Shown: positions 47,630 through 58,680 of the stretch, piece after piece
How positions within the stretch are numbered: position 1 is the stretch's first letter
How the letters are laid out: every line of letters starts with the position of its first letter
Source: Clostridium sp. CAG:245
GTDB taxonomy: Bacteria > Bacillota > Clostridia > TANB77 > CAG-508
Length of the DNA: 64,000 nucleotides
Assembly: GCA_000435175.1 (NCBI GenBank)
Contig: FR880082.1
Span: 31,476-95,475, forward strand
Direction: 5' to 3'
Notes under the pieces: generated by a model
The model's database searches: none
Told to the model about the DNA's origin: nothing
Seen by the model: the letters and a program-made list of their open reading frames with translations, nothing else
Made by a program: the position numbers and the translations under genes

Positions 47630-48181
47630 TTATTCTTTATCTCTCTTAATCTGTTTACTATATCTATCTTCCTCACTAAATATGCATCCACAATATTTTT
47701 GCATGTATAGTCCTAAATCATGAGCTTTTTGATGTCCTTCCCAGAATCCGACTCTGAAATCTCTATACAAAAAATCTATTCCATACTCTTCACTATATTG
47801 TTCCATTAACTTTTTTATGAAGTCGTGTTTTTGATATATGCTGTATAGCAATGTAGTCGTAACGGTATCATATCCATGTTCTTTCGCATATTCAAATGTT
47901 TTTCTTAGCCTAACTGGATAGCAGTAGTTTACACATCTTGCATTTAAGTTTTTTACAGCTTCCTTGCAAAACTCATCTAAGCCATATTCTTCTTCGAATA
48001 TGGCTTGTACATTTATTGATTTTGTATATTCTTTTAGACATTCTCTACGTGCTTTGTATTCTGTATATGGATGGATATTGGGATTATACCAATATGCTGT
48101 TGGTTCTATTCCCTCTTTTCTTAGTTTGTCTATACAGTACACGCTACAAGGTGCACAGCATGTGTGCATTAATAGTTTCAT
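47630..48181 (-). CDS. queH: epoxyqueuosine reductase QueH (DUF208)
   Basis: LLMHTCCAPCS N-terminal Cys motif and a C-terminal CGC. Confidence 0.85.
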   Translation of the reverse strand: MKLLMHTCCAPCSVYCIDKLRKEGIEPTAYWYNPNIHPYTEYKARRECLKEYTKSINVQAIFEEEYGLDEFCKEAVKNLNARCVNYCYPVRLRKTFEYAKEHGYDTVTTTLLYSIYQKHDFIKKLMEQYSEEYGIDFLYRDFRVGFWEGHQKAHDLGLYMQKYCGCIFSEEDRYSKQIKRDKE

Positions 48182-48239
48182 TATAATTAATTTGTAATCA
48201 GTTACAAATTTTATTTAACTGATTTTCCTCCTTTTTATC

Positions 48240-49703
48240 TTATTTTTTTATTTCAATTTTGTTTGATAAGTATTCTACTTTATTTTTTACCATTGGCACG
48301 CTTGTCAAAATTCCAGTAACTATTGCCACTAAAAAAATATATAAAACACCTAAATTTTGTGCTTCACTATATAACGCAAAACTTCCAATATATGCAACTT
48401 CTACAGCATACGATAAATTTATTATCAGCCTTATATTTTTTCCATTTAAAAACATTAATGTTGGAAACAACCATAATATATACCAAGAATTGAAATTTGT
48501 TATTAATATAAATGTAAATATATATAATAACGTGCTATATTCTCTTATATATGATGAAAATATTTCTGTATTATTATTTAATAATAACTTAATAACCGTA
48601 TATACATAAAGTATTGCAAATACAACCAATAATGCAGTTTTTAATATATTTGTTGATTGTTCCCCAATCAAATAATAAAACACTAACATTATTGACCTGT
48701 TATACTTTGATTGTTGTATGAATAGACCTGCAAATATATTCAAATCTTTTACATATATTGCATAAAATCCTACAAGTATTACTATAAATTCTAGTCCATA
48801 CAATACACAATACTTTATTTTCTCTAATATGTTTTTTTTCCTTAGATGATATAAGATTATAAATGGTAATATTAGTATTCCCAAATATTTTATTGCTGTA
48901 GCCATTGCTACAAATGCAACTGATAGCATCAAATTGTTCTTTTTTGTAACAAAATATATTGCAAGTAATATAAATAAAACTATAAATATATCATTATGTA
49001 CATTTGATAAGGCCTCGAATAATATTGCTGGATTCGTACCATAAATCAAAACAAATTTCTTTTTATGAGTTATTTTCCAAATTAATAAGCAATTTATTAG
49101 ATGAACTATTAGATTAGTTCCTTTAAATATAGCTAATGCCACATCAATATTTCCAAATGAAATACTGGTTAATAATTTGCAGATTAAAGTCCAGAGTGGC
49201 CCATATACAACTGTTTCGTATCTCCAACAGTTTGCTACTTTATTGTACATTTGGTCTCTTACCTGATGCTCATTGCTAATTTGTCCAACAGATTTGTAAT
49301 ATGGATTTTCGTGATAGTGTGAAGCCGACCAACCATTTGCTATATAAGAATATACATCTGTACTTGTATATGGAATAATTAATGCAAATAAAACTGAAAT
49401 TATGCAAATTGCAATAATTAATTGTTTTTTGCTTTTAAAAATTTTATTGCTATGTTTTATTATTAATATATACAGAATAAACATTACTGACATAAGACCT
49501 ATAAAGGATATTGTGTTTATCCATTTTGCCGAAATCATCTTAGGAATTTTAAATATGAATGTCCACTGATAAATAAAATTATATATTGATTGATTTTTTG
49601 CCAAATATATTATTGATGGCATGGCAAAACATATAACTACAGTAATAAATAAAAGCAACCATTTTTTATTTTTCATATAAAAACTTTCCTTCCTTTTTAT
49701 CAT
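48240..49703 (-). CDS. polytopic membrane protein, GT-C-like glycosyltransferase (DUF2029/PMT-like)
   Basis: 487 aa with roughly 12 or more hydrophobic helices. No soluble domain recognised. Confidence 0.5.
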   Translation of the reverse strand: MIKRKESFYMKNKKWLLLFITVVICFAMPSIIYLAKNQSIYNFIYQWTFIFKIPKMISAKWINTISFIGLMSVMFILYILIIKHSNKIFKSKKQLIIAICIISVLFALIIPYTSTDVYSYIANGWSASHYHENPYYKSVGQISNEHQVRDQMYNKVANCWRYETVVYGPLWTLICKLLTSISFGNIDVALAIFKGTNLIVHLINCLLIWKITHKKKFVLIYGTNPAILFEALSNVHNDIFIVLFILLAIYFVTKKNNLMLSVAFVAMATAIKYLGILILPFIILYHLRKKNILEKIKYCVLYGLEFIVILVGFYAIYVKDLNIFAGLFIQQSKYNRSIMLVFYYLIGEQSTNILKTALLVVFAILYVYTVIKLLLNNNTEIFSSYIREYSTLLYIFTFILITNFNSWYILWLFPTLMFLNGKNIRLIINLSYAVEVAYIGSFALYSEAQNLGVLYIFLVAIVTGILTSVPMVKNKVEYLSNKIEIKK

Positions 49704-49818
49704 ATGTAATAATAAAAATGGTATTGTGTTGTCAAAACATTTTTAGTTTTAATACAACTCAGGATATCATTTTCTATTATATTAAGAACTACTTTAAGTT
49801 TTTTCTCATATTGTTTGA

Positions 49819-50829
49819 TTATAACTGTAATTGATATGATGCTCCGATATGTTTATATGCTGCTGGAAGTGGAACTCTTCCTCTTTGCGTTCTAGATATA
49901 AAACCAATTTGTATTAGATATGGTTCATAAACATCTTCAAGTGTATCTATATCTTCTCCCACTGTTGTTGCTAAAGCCTCTATTCCAATAGGTTTTCCTT
50001 GATATTTTAGTATCATAGTTTCTAGAATTTTTCTATCTATTTCATCTAATCCGAGTTCATCTATTTCTAGTTTATTTAATGCTGTTTTTGCAATTTTTAA
50101 ATCTATTTTACCATTTCCAAGAACCATAGCATAGTCTCTAACTCTTTTCAATAATCTATTTGCAATTCTTGGAGTTCCTCTAGATCTTCTTGCAATTTCT
50201 GTGCTTGCTTCTTCATCAATTTCTACACATAATATTTTTGCTGACCTGTTTATTATTTTAATTAAGTCTTTCTCATCATATAATTCTAATCTATGTACTA
50301 TTCCAAATCTATCTCTTAATGGAGTAGTAAGAGAACCTGCTTTTGTTGTAGCTCCAATTAATGTAAATGGTGGCAAATTTATTCTTATAGATTTTGCTGT
50401 TGGTCCTTTTCCAATTATAATGTCTAAAACATAATCTTCTAGGGCTGGATATAAAATTTCCTCTACATTTTTATTTAAACGATGAATCTCATCTATAAAT
50501 ATGACTTCGTTTGGAGTTAAATTTGTTAATAATGCTGCAAGGTCTCCAGGTTTTGTTATTGCTGGTCCAGATGTAATTTTTAATTTTGCTCCCATTTCAT
50601 TTGCAATTATCCCGGCAAGGGTAGTCTTACCAAGTCCTGGAGGACCATATAACAAAACATGGTCTAGTGACTCTCCTCTTTGTTTTGCGGCTTCTATATA
50701 TACCTTCATGCTTTCTTTTACTTTTGTTTGTCCTATGTATTCTTCTAGCAACTGAGGCCTTAGAGTAGTTTCAAGCGTTTCTTCATTATTATCGGTAATT
50801 TCCGGATTTATTACTAAGTTTTCTTTCAT
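49819..50829 (-). CDS. ruvB: Holliday junction branch-migration helicase RuvB
   Basis: [32 protein letters not shown] and TRxGxL-type motifs. Confidence 0.97.
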   Translation of the reverse strand: MKENLVINPEITDNNEETLETTLRPQLLEEYIGQTKVKESMKVYIEAAKQRGESLDHVLLYGPPGLGKTTLAGIIANEMGAKLKITSGPAITKPGDLAALLTNLTPNEVIFIDEIHRLNKNVEEILYPALEDYVLDIIIGKGPTAKSIRINLPPFTLIGATTKAGSLTTPLRDRFGIVHRLELYDEKDLIKIINRSAKILCVEIDEEASTEIARRSRGTPRIANRLLKRVRDYAMVLGNGKIDLKIAKTALNKLEIDELGLDEIDRKILETMILKYQGKPIGIEALATTVGEDIDTLEDVYEPYLIQIGFISRTQRGRVPLPAAYKHIGASYQLQL

Positions 50830-50879
50830 CTTGCACCTTTCTAGTAATTTTCTATATTCTTATGTTATTTTTTCAAAAC

Positions 50880-51827
50880 CTATTTATCATTCATTTCTTT
50901 TTCTCCATTGTATTCGTTTACTAAATATAATGGTCTATGTTTTGATTCATTGAATATTCTTCCTAAATATTCTCCCATTATTCCAATTAGTATTATTTGT
51001 ACTCCAGAGAAAAATAATATTAGTAATATGATTGCTTGGAATGCTTGTATTGCAGTATGAGTAACACATGCTTTTACAATTACATATATGAAATATATAA
51101 ATAATGCTAAAAATGTTGGAATGCTCAAGAATGTTGATATTCTAAGTGGTGATGTTGTAAATGATGTGATTCCGTCTATTGCTAAGTCTACCAATTTTTT
51201 GTAGTTCCATTTTGTTTTTCCGGCAATACGTGGATCTCTATCATACATTATTTCTTTCTTGTTATAACCTATCCAACTAAACATGCTTTTAGAGCATCTT
51301 CCTGTTTCTCTCATTTTTTTCAGTGCATTTACGCATCTTCTATCCAATAGTCTAAAATCACCTGTATCTTTTTGTATTTCAACCTTTGTTAGGCTTTGTA
51401 ATACTCTATAGTACATTTTTGATGTGAATTTTTTTAGCCATGTCTCTCCAGCTCTAGATCTTCTCTTAGCATATACGTCATCATAACCTTGTTCCCATAA
51501 TTTTATCATTTCTGGAATAAGCTCCGGTGGATCCTGAAGGTCTGCATCCATTATTATTACACAATCTCCAGTTGCATAGTCAAGCCCTGCTATCATTCCT
51601 ATTTCTTTTCCAAAGTTTCTTGAGAAGTCTACATAGCATACTCTTTTGTCTTGCTCTCTTAATTTTTTTATTTCATTTAATGTGTTGTCTTTACTTCCAT
51701 CGTTTACAAATAATAATTCGAATTCATAATCTTTTACTTCATTCATTATTTTGCTAACTCTTTCATATAAGAAAGGTAATGATTCTTCTTCATTATACGC
51801 TGGTACTAAAATTGTAATCTTTTTCAT
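50880..51827 (-). CDS. polyprenyl-phosphate glycosyltransferase (GT2, GtrB/CsbB-like)
   Basis: ILVPAYNEEESL, DGSKDNT and DADLQDPPE, plus two C-terminal TM helices. Confidence 0.85.
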   Translation of the reverse strand: MKKITILVPAYNEEESLPFLYERVSKIMNEVKDYEFELLFVNDGSKDNTLNEIKKLREQDKRVCYVDFSRNFGKEIGMIAGLDYATGDCVIIMDADLQDPPELIPEMIKLWEQGYDDVYAKRRSRAGETWLKKFTSKMYYRVLQSLTKVEIQKDTGDFRLLDRRCVNALKKMRETGRCSKSMFSWIGYNKKEIMYDRDPRIAGKTKWNYKKLVDLAIDGITSFTTSPLRISTFLSIPTFLALFIYFIYVIVKACVTHTAIQAFQAIILLILFFSGVQIILIGIMGEYLGRIFNESKHRPLYLVNEYNGEKEMNDK

Positions 51828-51849
51828 ATTATCGTCCTTTTCTACAAAT

Positions 51850-52980
51850 TTATATATTTTTATCAGTTCTGTTTGACTTTAGTTTTTCATTTTCTATTTC
51901 TTCATTATCTCTTAAATGTACTATGTCTTTATATCCTATTGCAACTATAGCAATTACAAGCAATGCAAATGATAATGCTTTCCATATGCCGCTATCAAGC
52001 AATATTATTGCAATCATTCCAAGTGTTGCAGTTACTCCATATAAGATTAAAACGGCTTGTCTTTGTGTATATCCTTTTGCCATTAGCCTATGGTGTAAAT
52101 GTCCTTTATCAGCTTTAAATACTCCTTTTATTGACTTTGTTTTTACAATTCTTCTTACAATAGCCCATAAAGTATCGAATATTGGAAGTGCAAGTACTAT
52201 TATTGGAGCAATAATTACAATTGCTGTGTATGTTTTTGCGACTCCTAATATTGATATTATTGAAATTGCATAGCCCATAAAGTTTGAGCCAACGTCCCCA
52301 ATGAATGTTTTTGCAGGATTAAAATTATATGGCAAAAATCCAACTATTGCACCTGCAAGAGCTGTTATTAATATAATTGCAATTAATGGTGATTCATTCA
52401 AAGAGAATATTATTAGCATTGAAATACATGCAATTAAGGTTATTCCAGATGATAGTCCATCTAATCCGTCAATTAAGTTTATTGCATTTGTTATTCCTAC
52501 AATCCAACCAATAGTTAAAATATAGCTTATTACCTCATTTATCATTATGCTGTTTTCTTTAAATGGTATAGTAAAGTTATCTATGCGTACTCCACAACTT
52601 ACTACTATTATTGCAGCAATTAATTGTCCTGCTAACTTAACTAATGGGCTTATTCCCTTAACATCATCAATATAACAGGTAATTCCAAGAACCATGGCTC
52701 CAAATAAAAAGCCTAATAATTTCTTTCCTAGTCCATCTGTTATAAAATCTATATTGTTTTCTATTCTCATTGTTATTATTAAATAAATTGCTGATACTAA
52801 AAAACCTGCAATTACAGCTATACCACCAAGCCTTGGCATTGGTTTTTTATTTACTCTTCTATCATTTGGATAATCTACCGCTCCTACTTTTTTCGCCAGT
52901 CTTATAGAGTATGGCGTTATAACAAATGCTGTTATAAATGCAAGTAAAAAAGCTATGGCTATATCTCCCCACATACGCAA
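51850..52980 (-). CDS. undecaprenyl-phosphate sugar-1-phosphate transferase (MraY/WecA/TagO family)
   Basis: NAINLIDGLDGL and FIGDVGSNFMG motifs; about 10-11 TM helices. Confidence 0.85.
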   Translation of the reverse strand: MRMWGDIAIAFLLAFITAFVITPYSIRLAKKVGAVDYPNDRRVNKKPMPRLGGIAVIAGFLVSAIYLIITMRIENNIDFITDGLGKKLLGFLFGAMVLGITCYIDDVKGISPLVKLAGQLIAAIIVVSCGVRIDNFTIPFKENSIMINEVISYILTIGWIVGITNAINLIDGLDGLSSGITLIACISMLIIFSLNESPLIAIILITALAGAIVGFLPYNFNPAKTFIGDVGSNFMGYAISIISILGVAKTYTAIVIIAPIIVLALPIFDTLWAIVRRIVKTKSIKGVFKADKGHLHHRLMAKGYTQRQAVLILYGVTATLGMIAIILLDSGIWKALSFALLVIAIVAIGYKDIVHLRDNEEIENEKLKSNRTDKNI

Positions 52981-53095
52981 AATTTCCTTCCAAATTTAAT
53001 TTATTTTCACACTAAAATTATATCATATTATAGTCATTTTTCAACTTTATTTCTCAGTTTTCGTGCATTTTTTATAAAATAATTTGATTATCTTT

Positions 53096-54001
53096 TTAAT
53101 CATGCTTTTTTATTCTTATTTTTGTTGCAATCTTTCCTGGCACAAATAAAATTGCAACCATTATTTTATTAAACAATCCATTAACATTTTTTATTGGATG
53201 CTTTTCTTTTGTCAAAACGCTAAATAATATGTAATGTTTATAAACATATAGTCTCTTTTTAAAAGTAACCCCACGCATATCTTGATTAAATATTTCTTTA
53301 AAATAACTATAATATCCGAATGGGCTCTCACTAAATAATTTATTAATATTTTGAGTATAGCCCTCCTTCTGATATTCGCATATCATTATTGGTCTGTTAA
53401 AGCACCTTACTTGATATTGTAAGTCCATTTCATGGTGTAATCTTGCCTCAGTTACAAATTTTTCATTATGTTCGAGCTTATATTCAAATTGTTTCCTTAT
53501 TGAAGCATTGTACACTAACGCTTTCTCGCCTGTTATGCCATTCTTAAAATATAAATCAAACATAGTGCTTGGATAATCATCTTCTATAAAATTATTCCCC
53601 ATGTTCTGTCCATCTTTAGTATATTTTAAAAATACTAAAGCATAAGTTTCTCCCATATCTTTGCATGCTTGTAAAGCTTGTACAACAACTCTAAAGGCGT
53701 CTCTAGTAAAGTAGTCATCTGAATCACATTCGACTATTAAATCTCCAGTTGCTACTTTCACCAAGTTATTTATTGCTGTCATTTTTCCCTGATTTTCTTG
53801 ATAAAAATATTTAATATCAATCAATCTTTCCTTACAATATTCTTCCATTATTCTCTTAGTGTTGTCTGTTGAGCCATCATCCATAACCAACCATTCTAGC
53901 TGGACATCTGGACAATTATTGCTGTTGATCAATAGGCTTGCATACAACTTATCTAAAAGATTTGCTCTATTATATGTAGCCGTAAGTACTGATATTTTCA
54001 C
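53096..54001 (-). CDS. GT2-family glycosyltransferase
   Basis: ISVLTATYNR, DDGSTDNT and ECDSDD (DxD). Confidence 0.8.
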   Translation of the reverse strand: MKISVLTATYNRANLLDKLYASLLINSNNCPDVQLEWLVMDDGSTDNTKRIMEEYCKERLIDIKYFYQENQGKMTAINNLVKVATGDLIVECDSDDYFTRDAFRVVVQALQACKDMGETYALVFLKYTKDGQNMGNNFIEDDYPSTMFDLYFKNGITGEKALVYNASIRKQFEYKLEHNEKFVTEARLHHEMDLQYQVRCFNRPIMICEYQKEGYTQNINKLFSESPFGYYSYFKEIFNQDMRGVTFKKRLYVYKHYILFSVLTKEKHPIKNVNGLFNKIMVAILFVPGKIATKIRIKKHD

Positions 54002-54031
54002 GTTTTTTCCTCCAAAGTATCTCTTTTTTAT

Positions 54032-55204
54032 TTAAATTATCTTGCTAATCCTATCTGGATGTTTTTTATTTTCTTCTATCATTTTTTCTATTTTCTCTAT
54101 TATTCTATCGTTTTTATATACATATTGATTATATTGATTATTCTTTTGCTTATAGTTTTTCACGGCAAACTTTATTGCATCTTCAACACCTGCATCATCA
54201 TTAGAAACAATATAACTTTTTTTCGAGTAATCAATTAATGCCTCTCTTGTAGCAGTATTCGTTGTTAAAATAAATTTATTTAAAATTTTTGCTTCTTCTA
54301 CTACCATTGGATATCCTTCAAAATTCGATAACAAACAAAAGAAATCGGCCCTCTTCACAAATGGATATGGGTTGTTCCTTGCACCTAATAGCTTAAAAGT
54401 TTCTTCTACGTTTTCTTCGTAAATCTGTTTTTCCAAGCTTTCCTTTAGTGGTCCGTCACCTATTACAAAAATTTTATGCTTATATCCTTGCTTTATAAGT
54501 TTAGAATGAACTCTTATCAGTCTTTCTATTGCTTTTTGACTTACAAGTCTTGAAACTTGAACTATTATTGGTCCATCATTTTCTTCTGTTGCAAATACTT
54601 TCTTATCTTGTTCTATTAAGTCCTTCTCTGCTAATTTTAGTATTCTTTCACTATTAATGTAATTGTTAATTACTTTTTCATGAGGTAAGTCCATGTCATC
54701 ATACACTTTGTTAAACTTGTCTAAATTATCTATACTAACAAAAACAAGAGTATCAAATTTTTCATATATATTTCTGTCTAAGATTCTCTTAATTCTAGAT
54801 TTTGGTCCTTTTCCAAAAACTTTAGAAATATCATTGTGAATCCATGCAATTTTAGTAGACTTTTTGTCTTTTACACTAAAAATTCTAGTAATAGGTCCCT
54901 CCAAAAAAGCGATTTGTGTAGAATATTCACCACTCTGAACATATTTTTTAAATATTTTTTTCTTTTCCAACAAGACTTTGATCGGTATTAATTTTTTCTT
55001 TAATTTTCCCATATCATTATACTTAAAATTGAATAGACTTATAAGTTTTATTTTAGAGTCAAGCTCTTTTTCTAGCTCTCCTCCAGCATAAATTGTAAAA
55101 ATTGTAACATCATACTTTGCTATAAGCTTATTTGCAACATCTACTAATACCCTCTCAGCACCTCCAAGTGTAAGACCAGTTATTCCAAAAATAATTTTTT
55201 TCAT
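54032..55204 (-). CDS. GT4-family (GT-B) glycosyltransferase
   Basis: GGAERV N-terminal motif and a C-terminal EGYPMVVEEA (E-x7-E). The ATG at 55204 follows GGAGGAAAAC. Confidence 0.8.
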   Translation of the reverse strand: MKKIIFGITGLTLGGAERVLVDVANKLIAKYDVTIFTIYAGGELEKELDSKIKLISLFNFKYNDMGKLKKKLIPIKVLLEKKKIFKKYVQSGEYSTQIAFLEGPITRIFSVKDKKSTKIAWIHNDISKVFGKGPKSRIKRILDRNIYEKFDTLVFVSIDNLDKFNKVYDDMDLPHEKVINNYINSERILKLAEKDLIEQDKKVFATEENDGPIIVQVSRLVSQKAIERLIRVHSKLIKQGYKHKIFVIGDGPLKESLEKQIYEENVEETFKLLGARNNPYPFVKRADFFCLLSNFEGYPMVVEEAKILNKFILTTNTATREALIDYSKKSYIVSNDDAGVEDAIKFAVKNYKQKNNQYNQYVYKNDRIIEKIEKMIEENKKHPDRISKII

Positions 55205-55255
55205 ATTGTAGTTTTCCTCCACCATACAAATCCTATTTTCAGGTTATATTTTTAA

Positions 55256-56767
55256 TCATTTTTTTATTTCATAAATCTTCATTTCATCATCTTCCAAATC
55301 TTTGCATCCATTAAATATAAGTGTTACAAGAACTATTATAATCATCATGCTTGATGAATTGAAAAATGTATATCCAGATAGAAATGATATGAATATGGCA
55401 AACCATAAGCCTAAAGTGCTCATCATAAATTCAATATTCATATTTTTTATTTTCTTTACTGCCATATAAGTTCCATACATTGCAATAGCTAAAAACGGCA
55501 TAAAATATAAGAAAAATCCTATTACTCCAAAATTATATAAAAATGCTGGAACTTCCATTTCAAAAATCATCTCATAAAAATGTACCATATATCCATTACC
55601 GAAAAGTAGCATTGGAATACTGTCTTGATTTTTTATTAATCTACTATGGTATATAAATTGCAATGCTCTCATATTAGTATTTTGAATTTGCTTTTCATTT
55701 GCAATATCATATAATTCTAAGTAAGTTTTTTGCATACTCTCAGGCATATAGCCTTCATCAATTTCGTTATTTTTTATTTTCTTCACAATATCAACAATAT
55801 CACCTGTTACATGAGCAGTTTTTCCAGTCATTGTATCTATAATTTGATTTTCTCTTTCTTGAAGGTCTTTTCTTCTTTCAATAGTTTTTGAGCCAAATGC
55901 AATTACTGCAATACCAATAACAACCAATGCAAGTAAAAATGCTGGCAGGGCCTTTTTGTTTAATTTGCTATTTTTTATCAAGCTGTTAATTATACAAATT
56001 ATGCAGTACATCAGTATTACAATTATAAAGCCAAATAAACCAGTTCTAGTTCCTAGTAAAGTACATAAATATGCTCCGGCAAGAACAATTGTCATAAAAG
56101 TCCATATTCTAATTCCAGTTTTATTATTTTTTCCTAAGTTTGGCAGAATAATAAACATTTCTAATAACATTATTGTACCTATACTATTTCCAGATTCAAA
56201 CCATCCCTTATAACCAATTTGAACTTCACTATATGTATATGAAGATGTTCCTGTAATTAGAGAAATATACATAAGCACAATATATACTGTAAACGAAATT
56301 AGCACAGACAATTTTAATTTATTTATAATCTTTGTACCATCTTCATTTTTAAGCTCTTTTTCTCTATTTTTATAAACAAAGAAATAAATGTAAATAAATA
56401 AATTCATTATCATGAAAGTGTAATTAACTAAATACTGAATTTCTTGAGTTATACCTCCATATGCACATTCCGTACTCTTTTTATAAAATATGTAAAGATG
56501 GCATATTGCATATATAAAATACGTGCCTCCCGCCATAAGAATATAAGGCTTTAACTTATCTTTAAAAAATATATAACAAATTGCAATTATTGGTATAATT
56601 GGTCTTATAAATGTAGATATCGAAATATTAGTGTTAAAATAGTTTCTAAACAGGAAACTTGCAGCATCCAATATCGGACATATTATTATTAAAAAACACA
56701 ATAAATTTTCTATTGTGATAATATTTTTCAAATTAAACTTTTTTTCTTTTTTGATATTATCTTCCAT
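55256..56767 (-). CDS. O-antigen polymerase/ligase-like (Wzy-type) membrane protein
   Basis: At least 10 TM helices with a large periplasmic-type loop, in a glycopolymer locus. The ATG at 56767 follows GAGGAAG. Confidence 0.55.
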   Translation of the reverse strand: MEDNIKKEKKFNLKNIITIENLLCFLIIICPILDAASFLFRNYFNTNISISTFIRPIIPIIAICYIFFKDKLKPYILMAGGTYFIYAICHLYIFYKKSTECAYGGITQEIQYLVNYTFMIMNLFIYIYFFVYKNREKELKNEDGTKIINKLKLSVLISFTVYIVLMYISLITGTSSYTYSEVQIGYKGWFESGNSIGTIMLLEMFIILPNLGKNNKTGIRIWTFMTIVLAGAYLCTLLGTRTGLFGFIIVILMYCIICIINSLIKNSKLNKKALPAFLLALVVIGIAVIAFGSKTIERRKDLQERENQIIDTMTGKTAHVTGDIVDIVKKIKNNEIDEGYMPESMQKTYLELYDIANEKQIQNTNMRALQFIYHSRLIKNQDSIPMLLFGNGYMVHFYEMIFEMEVPAFLYNFGVIGFFLYFMPFLAIAMYGTYMAVKKIKNMNIEFMMSTLGLWFAIFISFLSGYTFFNSSSMMIIIVLVTLIFNGCKDLEDDEMKIYEIKK

Positions 56768-56894
56768 AATTAATATCTTCCTCACTAAACATATATTGAG
56801 TTGAAAAAACTAAAATGGTAATCTTTTTTCAACCCTTTTCGATTGTAATTTTTCAAGATTATTATATATACTAAACGCTAAAAAAGCAATAGAA

Positions 56895-57014
56895 AAAGCC
56901 AGAACAATTTGTATTTTTTAAGTTTCAACACGTTGCTTTTGTTCGGAGCTTCTTCGAACTCCTCAAAAGGTGAGCTTTTAGTTTTGTTTGAAAAATACAA
57001 ATTGTTCTGGCTTT
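56895..57014. repeat. 120-nt element bounded by a 22-24 bp perfect inverted repeat
   Basis: AGCCAGAACAATTTGTATTTTT (56897-56918) pairs with AAAAATACAAATTGTTCTGGCT (56991-57012). The 72-nt interior has its own GGAGCTTC...GAACTCC hairpin. Confidence 0.7.
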
Positions 57015-57081
57015 AATACTTACATAAAAAAGGTTTTAGTATATTTTCTGCCTTTTACAGTACATACTAAAACCTTTTCTT

Positions 57082-57855
57082 TTACAATTCTTCTGCAAAT
57101 CTTCTTTCTAATTTTTTAAATACAAAATATCCAACAATACAAAGAACTATTCCCATTATAAATGCAATTAGCAATCCTCTAAAATCTGGCATTGTTTTAC
57201 TATAGAATATAGATCTATAGCCATCTATCAAATACGACATTGGATTTAATCTTAATAGCCATCTAAAATTTGCTGGTACAGCATCCATCGAATATACGAT
57301 TGGTGTTGCGTAAAATAACAATTGCATAAATACACCTAGTAAGTGTAATAAATCTCTAAAGTATACTGTTAAACTACTTACAAGAAGTGATATTCCTATA
57401 GATACAATGAATTGTATTGCAAGTATTAAGAAATACCATAATATGTTCCATGATAATCCGATTCCACCAAAAACAACAAATCCTAGTATAATTATTGTTG
57501 CAATTAAAAAGTTTACTCCTTCACTTGCAACAAGTGATATCGGCAGAATTTCTCGTGGAAAATACACTTTTTTTATAATATTGCCATTATCAACCATTAC
57601 AGCTGCACCTCTTATAACAACATTAGAAAAATATTGCCACGGAATTAAACCACAACACAAGTAAACGGCATAGTTCTCTATATCACTTTTTAATATTACT
57701 TGGAAAACTAATGCATATACAGCAATTTGAAGTAGTGGATTTAAAAAAGACCATAACACGCCTAAAAATGAGTGTTTATATTTTCCACCTACATCTTTTG
57801 TTATATTTGTTTTTAATAGTTCTCTATACGCGTACAAATCCTTTATTATGTTCAT
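57082..57855 (-). CDS. ABC-2 type polysaccharide/teichoic acid export permease (TagG/Wzm-like)
   Basis: 257 aa, 6 TM helices, and an N-terminal YRELLKTNITKDVGGKYKHSFLGVLW signature typical of ABC-2 permeases. Confidence 0.85.
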   Translation of the reverse strand: MNIIKDLYAYRELLKTNITKDVGGKYKHSFLGVLWSFLNPLLQIAVYALVFQVILKSDIENYAVYLCCGLIPWQYFSNVVIRGAAVMVDNGNIIKKVYFPREILPISLVASEGVNFLIATIIILGFVVFGGIGLSWNILWYFLILAIQFIVSIGISLLVSSLTVYFRDLLHLLGVFMQLLFYATPIVYSMDAVPANFRWLLRLNPMSYLIDGYRSIFYSKTMPDFRGLLIAFIMGIVLCIVGYFVFKKLERRFAEEL

Positions 57856-58635
57856 TTACAAAGTCTCCTTCAAATATTCTTCTATTACATCATCTGGTTT
57901 TCCATCCATTTTTACGACTCCGTCGCATAACCATACTGCTCTAGTACAAAATTCTTTTACTGTTCCCATACTATGAGTTACAAATACCATTGTTTTTCCT
58001 TGAGCCTTTAATTCTTTCATTTTTGCAATACATTTTTCTTGGAAATGTTGATCTCCAACAGCTAAGATTTCATCAACTAATAGTATATCCGCATCAACAT
58101 TAATAGCAACTGCAAATGCAAGCCTCATATACATTCCAGAAGAATAAGTTCTTACAGGGTTATCTATATAAGAACCCAATTCTGAAAATTCTATAATATC
58201 ATTAAGCCTTTCATCTATTTGCTTTCTTGTTAATCCAAATATTGATGCATTAAAATATATGTTTTCTCTTCCAGAGAAATCAGGGTGGAATCCTGCACCA
58301 AGTTCCAATAATGAAGTTAATTTTCCATGAGTTTCAATCTTACCTTTATTTGGATAAATTATTTTTGTCATTAATTTAAGCAAGGTGGATTTTCCACTTC
58401 CATTAACACCTATTAATGCAACAGCCTCACCATTTTTTATGGTAAGATTTATGTCTTTTAATACTTCTCTTTTTTCTTTTCTATTTCTGTTCCAAAATAA
58501 TAATTTTTCTTTTAAACTATTTGCCTTGTCCATATAAATATTGAATGTTTTATATACATGGTCCACAACAATTCTATTTTCTTGTTCAGCTTTTGACATC
58601 TTACTTTTGCCTTTCTTTTTATTTTTCGATATCAT
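57856..58635 (-). CDS. ABC export ATP-binding protein (TagH/Wzt-like)
   Basis: GVNGSGKST Walker A, YSSGMYMRLAF signature and LLVDEILAVGD Walker B. Confidence 0.9.
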   Translation of the reverse strand: MISKNKKKGKSKMSKAEQENRIVVDHVYKTFNIYMDKANSLKEKLLFWNRNRKEKREVLKDINLTIKNGEAVALIGVNGSGKSTLLKLMTKIIYPNKGKIETHGKLTSLLELGAGFHPDFSGRENIYFNASIFGLTRKQIDERLNDIIEFSELGSYIDNPVRTYSSGMYMRLAFAVAINVDADILLVDEILAVGDQHFQEKCIAKMKELKAQGKTMVFVTHSMGTVKEFCTRAVWLCDGVVKMDGKPDDVIEEYLKETL

Positions 58636-58680
58636 TATATTATATAATGTTTATATTGTCAAAATTTTTAGCTATTCATT

